Source: a virus. From it: a stretch of 64,000 nucleotides of DNA. The stretch is from positions 3,261 to 67,260 of the IMG/VR virus record IMGVR_UViG_3300032046_000022; one strand, 5' to 3'. Below the pieces are notes generated by a model. That model was given only the letters and a program-made list of their open reading frames with translations, was not told where the DNA came from and did no database searches. Position numbers and translations under genes: made by a program. Numbering within the stretch: the stretch's first letter is position 1; each line of letters begins with the position of its first letter. Below are positions 46,803 to 56,745 of the stretch, piece after piece.

Positions 46803-48379
46803 ATATGGCGACCAAAGCAGAAGAAGTTAGCGATCCGGGATTGAGCGCCTCGGTTGCGTCCACGCACCCAGATTATGACGAAAATATCGAGGTCTGGCAG
46901 CGGTGTCGCGACGTGATTGACGGAAGCGACGCGGTGAAAGGAAAAGGCGAACTATACCTGCCGAAACTTCCTGGACACGACACGCAGGCGTATCTTGATT
47001 ATAAGATGCGCGCTATGTTCTACGGCGCGGTGAAGCGCACCATCAAGGGCATGAGCGGGATGGTGTTTATGATTCCGCCGACGGTGGAGAACTTGCCGGA
47101 CGATGTGAAATATCTTCTGAAGGACGCTACGTTCACCGGCACTCCGTTTGCTGGATTCTGCAAACAGGTTTTCGGTGAAGTTGTGGGCATGGGCCGCTCC
47201 GGAATATTGGTCGACATGCCGAAGGTGGGCGCGGCGGAGCAGCGTCCATATATGATTCATTACTCGGCGGAGCAGATACTGAATTGGCGCGAGGAACGTC
47301 GCAATGGGCGCATGGTCACGACGCTGGTTGTGCTCAGCGAGATATACGAAGATCCTGATCCGGACGACTTGTACGTTATGGCGCAATGCGACCAATACCG
47401 CGTATTGGATCTGATGACCGTCGACGAAATTACCGGCGAGCCGTTGTTGACGCCAATCTACCGCATGCGCATCTATCGCACATTTGCGCGTGCCGACACG
47501 ACCGTAGACAAATCTGGATATTTCTTGTACGACTCGATCATTCCTGTGAAGAACGGCGCTCCGCTCGACTTCATTCCGTTTGTGCCGGTCGGACCGGAGG
47601 AGAATTCTTTCCGCATTCAGCAATCTCCAATTCTGGATATGGTCGAAGTTGTCCTGAGTCATTTCCGCACGAGCGCAGATCTTGAAAACGGCCGGCACTG
47701 GTGCGGGACTCCGCAGCCGTGGCTGGCCGGCTTTCCAGACAAGCCGACATACCAGATTGGCGGAGATCAAATCTGGACCACGAGCGAGCCGACAGCAAAG
47801 GCCGAGATGCTTGAATTTCGTGGGACCGGATTGGGCGCGCTCGAGAAGGCGCTCGATGAAAAAGAGCAGAAACTCGCGGTCCTGGGCATGCGGCTTCTGG
47901 AAACGCAGCGGAAAGGCCAAGAGCAGCCGGAGGCGCTGCGGCTTCGAATGATGGGCGACGTTTCGACGCTCGCCGGCATAGTGCAGACCGTAAGTCAGGC
48001 GCTCACCAAGGCTGTAAACTGGGCTGTGAATTGGGCGTTGGCTTCTCTGAGCGGCGATCTCGAAGTGACGCTGAACAAAGATTACGACGAGATGCTTCTT
48101 ACCGCGCAGGACATACAAGTGCTGACGATGCTGTGGCAGAGCGAAGGCATAAGCTATAAGACCCTGTATTCGAATCTGCAGCGCGGCAAGATGGCACGCG
48201 AAGGCGTGGACTCGCAAGGTGAGTTTGACGAGATTCAAACCGAGCGTGAGGAAAAGGAAAAGTTGGCGCGTGAGTTGAATCCGAATTATGACGAGATGCG
48301 AGCTGCAGCGGCTATCGCAGCACAGCGTGGGCGTGGCGATCAGGGTGGCGATCAGGGCGGCGATCAGTCTCAGGAGTAA
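46799..48379 (+). CDS. Portal protein (DUF4055 type)
   Basis: HPDY...YLPK...RAMFY...IPFV...SADLE; follows TerL. Confidence 0.88.
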   Translation: MNMATKAEEVSDPGLSASVASTHPDYDENIEVWQRCRDVIDGSDAVKGKGELYLPKLPGHDTQAYLDYKMRAMFYGAVKRTIKGMSGMVFMIPPTVENLPDDVKYLLKDATFTGTPFAGFCKQVFGEVVGMGRSGILVDMPKVGAAEQRPYMIHYSAEQILNWREERRNGRMVTTLVVLSEIYEDPDPDDLYVMAQCDQYRVLDLMTVDEITGEPLLTPIYRMRIYRTFARADTTVDKSGYFLYDSIIPVKNGAPLDFIPFVPVGPEENSFRIQQSPILDMVEVVLSHFRTSADLENGRHWCGTPQPWLAGFPDKPTYQIGGDQIWTTSEPTAKAEMLEFRGTGLGALEKALDEKEQKLAVLGMRLLETQRKGQEQPEALRLRMMGDVSTLAGIVQTVSQALTKAVNWAVNWALASLSGDLEVTLNKDYDEMLLTAQDIQVLTMLWQSEGISYKTLYSNLQRGKMAREGVDSQGEFDEIQTEREEKEKLARELNPNYDEMRAAAAIAAQRGRGDQGGDQGGDQSQE

Positions 48380-48382
48380 TTC

Positions 48383-50068
48383 GTGCCAGAGCTGTGGGAG
48401 CGAATCTATAAAGTTGCGGACGCAGCGCAGCCGAAATTCCGGACTGCGCTTTTGGATGTCTTCGATCAAGTCAAATATGATGTAAAATTTAGAGCGCTTC
48501 AACGGGCGCTCGGCAATGGCGACACTGTGGCTGCTTGGAATTCCATCCCATGGGAAGCCATTCCGGATATGGAGGCAACTCAAGATCTAAACAAAATCCT
48601 CGGAGACATATTCAAAAATGCCGGCTCCAAAACTATGGCTGATATGATGGGGAAGCCAAAGGTCGAATTCAACGCGATCGACGAGGACACGGCGACGTTC
48701 TGGGCGCAGAACGAAAGCAGCTATTTGATAACGCACATCACAGAGCAGATGCGTTCTAGTATTCAGAGAGCGGTCCAGAACGCTTTTCTTGACGGTCTCG
48801 CGCCACCAAACAAGCAGGTGTTTACTGTCCTGGAGCACGCGATCAATATCCGGGAAGATCTTGGTTTGAATGCAAGGCAGGTTAGCTCCATGGATAAATA
48901 TCGGAGCGATTTGCGCTGGAGCGGAATTACCGGACCAGCATATGACAAACTTGTCGCGAAGCGGCAGCATGAATTTCTCCTGGCGCGGACCGACATGATA
49001 GCGCGCACAGAAACAATTCAATCGGCGGCTGAAGGCCAGCGCGCAACCTGGGACATGCAAATTGCCGAAGGTCGACTTGATTCGGCGCGGTGGGAGGTCG
49101 AATGGCTTGTCACGCCGGATGATGTTACTTGCAAGCGGTGTTTTTCTATGAGGGGAAAGCGCCGCTCTATCAACGGCGTGTACCAAGGTGTGCCATATTC
49201 GGGCGGACCGGCAGGTCGTGGTACGAAAGGTCCAACACTTCATCCGAATTGCCGATGCACAGAACGGCTGGTCCCGAGGCGCGGGCGCGCCTCGGGACCG
49301 AAGAGAAAGACTCGCACAGCGCTGCGGGCGCAACAGGTGAAAATTCCTCCGACCTTTGTGCCGCCGCAGACTCCACCATCATCTTCGCAGACTCCTGAAT
49401 ATGATGGTGTAAAGTTTGAATGGCCGGCGGAAGTTGCTCGTGAGTATCCAGAGATGATGAGGGCGATTGGCAGCTCTACACGAATCGACGATTGGGATCT
49501 TGACGTTATTCGCCGGCACGTGAGAGATATCAATCTGATCCCGACGGAGGCGTTACAAAAACTCGCTAATTCAGGCGTGATGTTTCACATCGGAGACGGT
49601 GGTGTCGTTAAGCTGGACAGGATGGAGCGCCTAAAAGGTGTCCAGCCTCGCGGCTGGTCAGAGGGATCGATGTGGGATGATGTCGGCGGCTGTTATGGCA
49701 ACAACTGGGTTTTGGTCGGGAACGCGAGGGGCGGCAGTGTGAGCGTGGCGCTTCACGAAGCAGGGCACGCTGTGGGTGAGCATTATTATGTCAGAAGTCG
49801 GCGTGAATTTCAGAAGGTAGGTGTCGCTCTGGAATCGGTTGAGCACAGTCAAACCTGGAAGAAGATTCACACGCGGTTATACAAGGCCGGAGTTCTCGGA
49901 GATTATTATAGGCAGGGAGGAGCGGGCGCATATGCGGGAATGGAAGAGCTGTGGGCGGAGTCGTTCGCGACGTATCACAAGTCCGGCGCGTTGGAGTGTA
50001 CTCGCCAATATGGAAAGGCTGTAACGAGATACATCGAATATGCGATGAAGAGCGGAAAGGCGATGTGA
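48383..50068 (+). CDS. MuF-like minor head protein fused to an HEXXH metallopeptidase domain
   Basis: IARTE, TCKRC, PTLHPNCRC; Pro linker; LHEAGH...EELWAESFA. Confidence 0.82.
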   Translation: MPELWERIYKVADAAQPKFRTALLDVFDQVKYDVKFRALQRALGNGDTVAAWNSIPWEAIPDMEATQDLNKILGDIFKNAGSKTMADMMGKPKVEFNAIDEDTATFWAQNESSYLITHITEQMRSSIQRAVQNAFLDGLAPPNKQVFTVLEHAINIREDLGLNARQVSSMDKYRSDLRWSGITGPAYDKLVAKRQHEFLLARTDMIARTETIQSAAEGQRATWDMQIAEGRLDSARWEVEWLVTPDDVTCKRCFSMRGKRRSINGVYQGVPYSGGPAGRGTKGPTLHPNCRCTERLVPRRGRASGPKRKTRTALRAQQVKIPPTFVPPQTPPSSSQTPEYDGVKFEWPAEVAREYPEMMRAIGSSTRIDDWDLDVIRRHVRDINLIPTEALQKLANSGVMFHIGDGGVVKLDRMERLKGVQPRGWSEGSMWDDVGGCYGNNWVLVGNARGGSVSVALHEAGHAVGEHYYVRSRREFQKVGVALESVEHSQTWKKIHTRLYKAGVLGDYYRQGGAGAYAGMEELWAESFATYHKSGALECTRQYGKAVTRYIEYAMKSGKAM

Positions 50069-50244
50069 TGGCGAATTTCGAGCCTGAGATTTTGGATAAT
50101 GGTGACATTATTGTTTATGCTCGCGCAACCGAGGGAAATATAAAAGGAGATGGTTATTACACGCTAAAGAAGGGAACGCAGGAGCACGCGAACCAACTTG
50201 CCCAGATGAAAGAAAGGGAGTATCGGCGTGCTGAGAGAAAATGA
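50068..50244 (+). CDS. Small protein coupled to MuF (possible immunity partner)
   Basis: TGATG coupling, 58 aa. Confidence 0.45.
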   Translation: MANFEPEILDNGDIIVYARATEGNIKGDGYYTLKKGTQEHANQLAQMKEREYRRAERK

Positions 50245-50878
50245 ATGGAGGGGCAATAAGCAATTCGAAGGCGTGGTGGCGGTCTGCACACGCGGCGCGC
50301 TTTTGACGGAAGTTCTTGCCGGCATCTTGTCGAATATTATGCCGCGCATTCTTGGTGGTCGATATTGGACTATCCGCACCACATTCAAAGATCCAATTCC
50401 GGATGCGCAGAATTTAGTCACCGAAGAAGCGCTCACGTTGAATCCGCAGTTTATCTGGTATGTCGAGGAAGACACGGTGCCGCCGGCAGGAGTGCTTACT
50501 CAGATGATTCATAAAAGTTCTGAGGTTGTGGTGACAGATTATTTGCTCGAAGGTGGGAAGCAGATGTCCATTCACCGAGAAGGTGAGGCTGTGCCGTATA
50601 GCGGAATGGGCTGTATGCTCGTGAATCGAACTGTGTTCAATAAGATTCAGAAGCCGTGGTTTGAGTGCGGAGCTTGGACGTGGACCGGCTCTGGCTTCTC
50701 CGAACATTCCTTTTCGCTTTCTGGGCATCAAGATGTTGGATTTTTTGTCAAGCTGTACGAGGCTGATATTCACGCTGTGGCGCTACCAGAAGGCTGGCGT
50801 TGTCGGCATTTGCGCCTCGAGGAGCTGGGCGGGCGGAACACCGATCGCGGGCTGCATAAAATCAGAGAGATAAAGTGA
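50228..50878 (+). CDS. GT-A fold glycosyltransferase-like protein
   Basis: WYVEED, GMGCMLV...VF...PWF, GHQDVGF. Confidence 0.7.
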   Translation: MLRENEWRGNKQFEGVVAVCTRGALLTEVLAGILSNIMPRILGGRYWTIRTTFKDPIPDAQNLVTEEALTLNPQFIWYVEEDTVPPAGVLTQMIHKSSEVVVTDYLLEGGKQMSIHREGEAVPYSGMGCMLVNRTVFNKIQKPWFECGAWTWTGSGFSEHSFSLSGHQDVGFFVKLYEADIHAVALPEGWRCRHLRLEELGGRNTDRGLHKIREIK

Positions 50879-51456
50879 CGAGGCTCACCGTTGTTATTCC
50901 GACAAGAGAGACTTCGCTTCCGGACGACAACGCGACCATCGCGACGTTGCGAGCACAGACGTTTCGCGATTTCAAGATCATAGTTCAGCACGATTGGAAG
51001 CGCGGCGCAAATTGGGCGCGCAACGCTGGCTTTCAATTTGTGGATACAGAGCTGGTTCTGTTTTGCGATGACGACATAATCTGGAATCCGAAGGCGCTCG
51101 AGAAGATGATCTTGCGTCTGGACAAAACAGATTTGGCGTCTTATGTCTATTGTGGTTATGAGATGGGCGGAAAGTATTATTGCATGCGCACATTTGACGC
51201 GGACATCTTGAGAAGCGTCAATTACATATCAACCATGTCCATAATCCGCACGGCGGACTTTGTCGGCTTCGACGAAAAGATTCTGCGGTTTCAGGATTGG
51301 GATCTTTGGCTGTCGACTCTGGCGAACGGGAAAGTTGGCGTCTGGTGTGGCGAGTGTTTGTTCTCGACACCGATTCGCATTGGCATCACCCACAATAACG
51401 AATTCACGCCGCACGAGGCGGCTTTTGCTATTAAAAGGAAACATCATCTGTCATGA
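50875..51456 (+). CDS. GT2 glycosyltransferase
   Basis: VVIP, ARNAG, FCDDD, GFDE, QDWDLW. Confidence 0.88.
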   Translation: MTRLTVVIPTRETSLPDDNATIATLRAQTFRDFKIIVQHDWKRGANWARNAGFQFVDTELVLFCDDDIIWNPKALEKMILRLDKTDLASYVYCGYEMGGKYYCMRTFDADILRSVNYISTMSIIRTADFVGFDEKILRFQDWDLWLSTLANGKVGVWCGECLFSTPIRIGITHNNEFTPHEAAFAIKRKHHLS

Positions 51457-52139
51457 AAGTTGCCGTCTATACCTTGACACGAGACCGGCTCAAATACACG
51501 CAACATTGTTTTGAAACTTTGCAGAAGCGGGCCGGATGTGCATACGATCATTTCGTTCTCGACAACGGATCAGCGGACGGAACGCAAGACTGGCTGAGAA
51601 GGAATGTCGGACTATTTAAGCATATTCACTTGCTCAACGAAAATGTCGGGATCAGCGCCGGCTCGAATAGAGCTATCGAAATGATTCAGCATTCCGACGC
51701 TTATGATCTGATCATTAAGATGGACAATGACTGCGAAGTTATTTCCGAGAATATGATCGGACAGATGGTGGAGATATTTTCTGATGTTCAAAAGTTCTCA
51801 GCACGCTTTGTTCTTTCGCCCAGAGTCGAGGGCATCGTGAATCAGCCGACTCGTGCGAGATATACGACGCTGGGGGGACGGCGTGTGGGAATAACAGGGA
51901 TTGTTGGCGGTTTATTCTTGGTCGCGTCCGCTGCGGTCCTTTGCACATACAGATATGATGAGAATCTGCCGCTTGCGTGGGGACAGGACGATATGTTTTG
52001 CAAGTGGTTCAAATCTCAAGGCGGCGAAGTTGGATATGTAGAAGGCTTGGTGGTGAATCACTTCGAGACGACCGGGGGCCAAGCCGAGCGGTATCCCGAT
52101 TATTTTAAGCGGAAGTGGGCAGAGGAGAAGCGAGAATAA
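51453..52139 (+). CDS. GT2 glycosyltransferase
   Basis: VLDNGSADGT, NVGISAGSN, KMDND. Confidence 0.88.
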   Translation: MKVAVYTLTRDRLKYTQHCFETLQKRAGCAYDHFVLDNGSADGTQDWLRRNVGLFKHIHLLNENVGISAGSNRAIEMIQHSDAYDLIIKMDNDCEVISENMIGQMVEIFSDVQKFSARFVLSPRVEGIVNQPTRARYTTLGGRRVGITGIVGGLFLVASAAVLCTYRYDENLPLAWGQDDMFCKWFKSQGGEVGYVEGLVVNHFETTGGQAERYPDYFKRKWAEEKRE

Positions 52140-52720
52140 TGGAGCGAATTGTTTTTGCAGAATCTTGGGTTCACCTTGAGAGTGAAGAGCAAAAGGCGAT
52201 TATCGGCTGGCTCATTCCTCGAGCTGCTGGCAAACGGCTTTTGGCGGTTGGGGTTGGAAATTGCGCTTTGTTTGAGCGTCTTCCTGAGACTTCTGTCTTC
52301 GGCATTACTGTCTCGAAAGAGGAGTGCGCGCTCGCTCGAGAGAAAAGATTCGCCTGCGATCTTGTGGATAAGTACACTTCTGGCATAATGCGGTTGCCGC
52401 CTGGATTCGATTACATCGTCGATTCAGAGCCATTTTCCTATGCAGAGACTCTTGGTGAGATAAATAATTTGCTGTTTGATTACCAAAGATTGCTTGCTCC
52501 AGCTGGCTCTTTGATTTCTCATATTGGCGGAATGCGCTATCGGTGGTCAAGACTCGGATCACTGTATCCACAAGCGCCGCCTGTGACTCCTCTGGAAAAG
52601 TGCAAGCAGTGGGTGGAGCCATATTTCCTCTGGCAGGAGTCTGGTGGCGGAATTATAGAATTGCGACCAAGGAGGCATTTTGAAAAGGTGGGAGAAGTAC
52701 ACAGAGGAGAACACTCCTAA
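52139..52720 (+). CDS. Methyltransferase-like protein
   Basis: LLAVGVGN, FDYIVD, LAPAG. Confidence 0.55.
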   Translation: MERIVFAESWVHLESEEQKAIIGWLIPRAAGKRLLAVGVGNCALFERLPETSVFGITVSKEECALAREKRFACDLVDKYTSGIMRLPPGFDYIVDSEPFSYAETLGEINNLLFDYQRLLAPAGSLISHIGGMRYRWSRLGSLYPQAPPVTPLEKCKQWVEPYFLWQESGGGIIELRPRRHFEKVGEVHRGEHS

Positions 52721-53288
52721 GTATCACGACGACATTTGGCGAGATGATGTAAAGGGAAAAATTAGCCATTACGATGCAGGTCGGCCGGCAGAGCTGGCGA
52801 AACATGTTGCTGCAGGAATGCGAGTCTGTGATCTTGGTGCCGGTTTGTGGGGGTCCGCTCAGTGGTTGATTGAGGAGACTGATTTTGACATTCAAGTCTA
52901 TGCAGTCGACTTTTCCCGATATGCTATGGACTGGCTGTTTGATCGTAACAGTAAGGACTCGCGACTACATGTTCAATACGATCTTGCTGACCAAACGACA
53001 TTTCCTGAGGGATTCTTTGATGTTGTGATGGCAGGTGAACTTCTCGAGCATTATGAGGAGCCAGACCGACTTGTGCGAGAGATGGCGCGAATTTGCAGAC
53101 CAAAAGGCTGGATGACAATCTCGACAGTTGATATGCACAGCAATGCTGCGATACGGAATGAGGTGGTCTATCCCTGTCATGTCTGGGAATTTGAGCCTGA
53201 CGATTTGATTGGTTTGTTCCATCCGTATGGGGAAGTCGCGTATTGGTATTTCGGCAACTATCATATGCTTGATTGCTGGAAGAGATGA
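52680..53288 (+). CDS. Class I SAM methyltransferase
   Basis: VCDLGAG, FDVV...ELLEH. Confidence 0.85.
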   Translation: MKRWEKYTEENTPKYHDDIWRDDVKGKISHYDAGRPAELAKHVAAGMRVCDLGAGLWGSAQWLIEETDFDIQVYAVDFSRYAMDWLFDRNSKDSRLHVQYDLADQTTFPEGFFDVVMAGELLEHYEEPDRLVREMARICRPKGWMTISTVDMHSNAAIRNEVVYPCHVWEFEPDDLIGLFHPYGEVAYWYFGNYHMLDCWKR

Positions 53289-53875
53289 AGAGAATTAGAG
53301 AAGCCAACAAGAACACGCAGCAGGAGTGGGACCAAATTTATTCTGATCCAGAGTTGGCAACTCGCTGGACTCAGTGGTTTGATGGCTCGCTTGTTGAGGC
53401 TGTGATAAGGCATATTCCAAAAGGGACAAAGGTTCTTGATGTTGGGTGTGGGGTCGGCTTCTCTGAATATGTTTTTCAGAAGATGAAAGGTAGGCAAGAC
53501 CTGCTGCTGTATGGTCTGGATTCGTCCGCAAAGGCAGTTGAATATCTGCGCCGACACAGTTCTGTTGTTTGGGAGGGCATTCTCCATTGGGATGTCGTTA
53601 CAGATTTTCCGTTTCGTGAAAAGGCGTTTGATGTCGCTATGGCTTGTGAGATTCTCGAGCATCTCGAATCTCCAGAGGCTCTTGTTAAGGAGCTTGCTCG
53701 TGTCGGGAAAAGGATGATCGTGACTGTTCCTAACAAACTTGAAGTTGATACAGAGTATCATATTTGGGAATTCGATGAGTCTGATGTTCTTGCTTTTCTT
53801 TCGCCATACGGAAAGACAAGCATCGAGATTGCAAGAAACAACTGTCAAATAGTCGGAGTGTGCGAATGCAAGTAA
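53285..53875 (+). CDS. Class I SAM methyltransferase
   Basis: VLDVGCGVG, EILEHL, TVPN. Confidence 0.88.
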   Translation: MKRIREANKNTQQEWDQIYSDPELATRWTQWFDGSLVEAVIRHIPKGTKVLDVGCGVGFSEYVFQKMKGRQDLLLYGLDSSAKAVEYLRRHSSVVWEGILHWDVVTDFPFREKAFDVAMACEILEHLESPEALVKELARVGKRMIVTVPNKLEVDTEYHIWEFDESDVLAFLSPYGKTSIEIARNNCQIVGVCECK

Positions 53876-54561
53876 TTATAACATCATATTGTCGACTGAA
53901 GTATTTGAGGCAGACCGTCGAATCCCTGCGCCAGGACGACATCCAATTGTTCATCGCAGATGGCGGCTCCGACGATGAAACCAAGGAATATATAAAGAGC
54001 GCGGCGGACGGCTGGCTGTTCTTCGAAAACAATCCTGGTGCGGACGTTTTGAAAACAGCTGGCATAAAAGAGTTTGTGACAGAGCGTGAGTTTTTGATCT
54101 CGTCAGACGACCTTCGCTATCCAGCCGGTTACAGTCGGCTGATTACAGAGCAATATCGAAAAATAAATCCAGCGAACAAAAAGCCGGAATGGACTTTTGT
54201 CGCGTGTAACATGCCGATGATAGAAGAAAACCATCTCGACTCTCCGGCGTGGAAGATGGTGAACGGAGTCCAGTTGCTTCCGGTGGCAACTTCTCAGGTG
54301 GCTGGCGCAATACTCGATCTCGAGGCGTGCAAATCGGTCGGATACTTTCCTGTGTATGGCAGAAGTGGCCAGGGCGATTGGGCAATCAGCAAACGTTTGC
54401 GCGAGGTCGGATATCATTTAGCGTACTGGCGCGCTCCGATTATAGGACATATTGGCCAGGATAAATGGCATGACTTTCCAGAGTATTCCGCTGCATTCAA
54501 GAACGACGAAGACTCGTGGATCGAAAGCGCTATGTGGGACAAATTGAAAGGCAAAGTGTAA
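53866..54561 (+). CDS. GT2 glycosyltransferase
   Basis: IADGGSDDET, SSDD, GQGDW. Confidence 0.8.
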   Translation: MQVIITSYCRLKYLRQTVESLRQDDIQLFIADGGSDDETKEYIKSAADGWLFFENNPGADVLKTAGIKEFVTEREFLISSDDLRYPAGYSRLITEQYRKINPANKKPEWTFVACNMPMIEENHLDSPAWKMVNGVQLLPVATSQVAGAILDLEACKSVGYFPVYGRSGQGDWAISKRLREVGYHLAYWRAPIIGHIGQDKWHDFPEYSAAFKNDEDSWIESAMWDKLKGKV

Positions 54562-54571
54562 AAGAGAGTCA

Positions 54572-55114
54572 GTGTATTTTATGCCATACATAATTGACGC
54601 AGACGATTTTTATGAGGGGAACGATCAACTCGCTCTCTTGCGTGAGATAAAGCGTGCGCTTCCAGATTTCAAGATTACCGTGTTCACCGTGATTGGGCGC
54701 TGCTCTTATGTTTGGTTGCGTGAAATAAAAGAAGACTATTCTTGGATCGATATGGTGCCGCATGGATTATTGCACGAAACGTCGCGCGAGTGCGAGCGCT
54801 GGGATTATGCAGAATCGATCCATTACTTGAAATTTCTCGAGCCGTATGATTTGACAAAGGGATTCAAGGCTCCAGGTTGGCAGATCTCTAACGATATGTA
54901 TCAGGCGCTCAAGTTTAGAAAATATTGGGTGGCTGATCAGGCGTATAACGACGCTCGAAGACCGGCCGACTTGCCGGCGTATATTTTGGATGCGCCAAAC
55001 AAATTGCATTTTCACATTCAGGATGTTTGTGGTAACGGATTGGGTGAGTCGCTTCCGATCATCCTCGGATTAAACAACAATCAAGGATTCGAGTTTATCA
55101 AAAATGTTATATGA
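54572..55114 (+). CDS. Polysaccharide deacetylase-like (NodB fold)
   Basis: DADD, TVF, PHGLLH, FKAPGW. Confidence 0.7.
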   Translation: MYFMPYIIDADDFYEGNDQLALLREIKRALPDFKITVFTVIGRCSYVWLREIKEDYSWIDMVPHGLLHETSRECERWDYAESIHYLKFLEPYDLTKGFKAPGWQISNDMYQALKFRKYWVADQAYNDARRPADLPAYILDAPNKLHFHIQDVCGNGLGESLPIILGLNNNQGFEFIKNVI

Positions 55115-55793
55115 CATAATAATTCCTCACACAAACATTCCTGGCTCCGACCGGCTGGCTTACGAGTGTGTCAGCTCAATTCAAAGGCATAGCAAAGATT
55201 TTAGAATCATTTGGATTCAAAATGGCGGCGAGATTCCTCCGGCAGTATCTAAATTATTTTCCAAGTTGAGCGGTTTGTCTGTGGAATACAACGTGGAGAA
55301 TGTTGGATTTCTAAAAGCTGCGAATCAGGGACTGAAGGTGGCAACTGCTGAGTATGTCGTGCTTTTGAATAACGACACTGAAGCAGTGTCGGGCTGGCTC
55401 GACAAATTGCGCGAGCCGCTGAAGTGGCCGGTGGTTCTTTCAGGGCCGCGTACTACAACAGAACAGAGTTGGCAAGGTAAAGCACCGGCCGGAGTGGGCG
55501 CGAAGATTCTAGGAACGCACGCGATGTTGGCGTTCTTCTGTGTGATGATGGATCGGCGCGTATTGAGCGCAGTTGGTCTGCTGGATGAAGACTTCGGCGT
55601 TGGGTTTGGTGATGATGATAATTATTGTGCGCGGGTCCATGCGGCTGGGTTGCGAATAGCGCTTGTGCAAGACTTGGTAATTCCGCACAAACACAGATTC
55701 ACATTTAATGCCATCTATGGTGAAAAAGAAGTGAAGGCCATGCAAAGGACCGCTTTGAATTTACACTACAAGAAGATGGAAAATATGTTTTAA
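55104..55793 (+). CDS. GT2 glycosyltransferase
   Basis: NVGFLKAANQG, LLNND, VGLLDEDF, DDDNYC. Confidence 0.88.
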   Translation: MLYDIIIPHTNIPGSDRLAYECVSSIQRHSKDFRIIWIQNGGEIPPAVSKLFSKLSGLSVEYNVENVGFLKAANQGLKVATAEYVVLLNNDTEAVSGWLDKLREPLKWPVVLSGPRTTTEQSWQGKAPAGVGAKILGTHAMLAFFCVMMDRRVLSAVGLLDEDFGVGFGDDDNYCARVHAAGLRIALVQDLVIPHKHRFTFNAIYGEKEVKAMQRTALNLHYKKMENMF

Positions 55794-55861
55794 TCCTTTT
55801 GAATTTGGGCATATAATCTGCTTGGGGCGGATTTCCACGAACTGCGGGAGGCAGTGGATAA

Positions 55862-56683
55862 ATGGCAAAACTAAACAAAGGCGTTCTGTCCAGCAAGGAA
55901 GAGCTGGAACAGGTCGAAGAGAAGTATCGTGATTTGTACACAGAAAAGGACGGAAAGTTCTATCTCGATATCGAGATGATTGACGACATGCCGCAGGTTG
56001 GCGGGCTGAAGTCGGCGTTGCAAAAAGAGCGGGACGCGAACAAGCAGCTCAAGAAGGATCTTCAGGTCACGGCTGACAAGTACAAAGATGTTGATCCGGA
56101 AAAGGCGCGAGAGGCGTTGAAGAAACTTCAAGAATTGGAAGACAAACAGCTTCTCGATGCCGGCAAGATGGAAGAGGTCGTTACCAAGCGGACCGAGCGC
56201 ATGCAGCAGGATCACCAGCAACAGATCCAAGGTTTCCAGGGCAAGCTGACAGAAAAGGAGACCGAGCTGGAAGTTACGCGGCGGCATCTCGCAAATCTTC
56301 AGATCGAGGCTGCAATTACTCGTGTGCTTACTTCAAAGACCGGCAAAGATCTTGGAATAATTCCACAAGCAATTCCGGACATCGTTCGCAGAGCGCGTGA
56401 CATTTTTCATCTTGAAGAAAAGACCGGCAATGTCATTCCGCATCGCAGCGACGGAACCATTCTTTTCGGGAAAGATCCAAGTGCGCCTATGCCTATGGAT
56501 GAATGGCTTTCTGGTTTGAAGCCAGATTGTCCACACTACTTCATGCCGTCCGGTGGGGCCGGAGCCGGCAATGACGGAACGGGCGCTGCTCCGAAAAAAG
56601 AACGATCGAAAATGTCGCCAGCTGAAAAGGCTGTGTACATCGGCAAATATGGCCAGGAGGCTTATTTGAGTTTGCCGCTGTAG
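55862..56683 (+). CDS. Capsid scaffolding protein
   Basis: LY.EKDGKF.LD, LKSALQKER, coiled coil, PHYF..SGGAG, YLSLP. Confidence 0.82.
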   Translation: MAKLNKGVLSSKEELEQVEEKYRDLYTEKDGKFYLDIEMIDDMPQVGGLKSALQKERDANKQLKKDLQVTADKYKDVDPEKAREALKKLQELEDKQLLDAGKMEEVVTKRTERMQQDHQQQIQGFQGKLTEKETELEVTRRHLANLQIEAAITRVLTSKTGKDLGIIPQAIPDIVRRARDIFHLEEKTGNVIPHRSDGTILFGKDPSAPMPMDEWLSGLKPDCPHYFMPSGGAGAGNDGTGAAPKKERSKMSPAEKAVYIGKYGQEAYLSLPL

Positions 56684-56745
56684 TGTGTGCACAACGTTAT
56701 GGCGGGAGGCCAATCCATTAACTTTAACTGAGTGAGGAAAATTCA

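Noticed and set aside
48334-48366. GGCGATCAGGG(T/C) repeat
   Set aside because: Encodes a low-complexity GDQG tail of the portal protein
46952-48583. 543-aa minus-strand ORF (also 27002-28009, 23642-24442, 60431-61237)
   Set aside because: Antisense shadows of well-supported + strand genes, with no motifs
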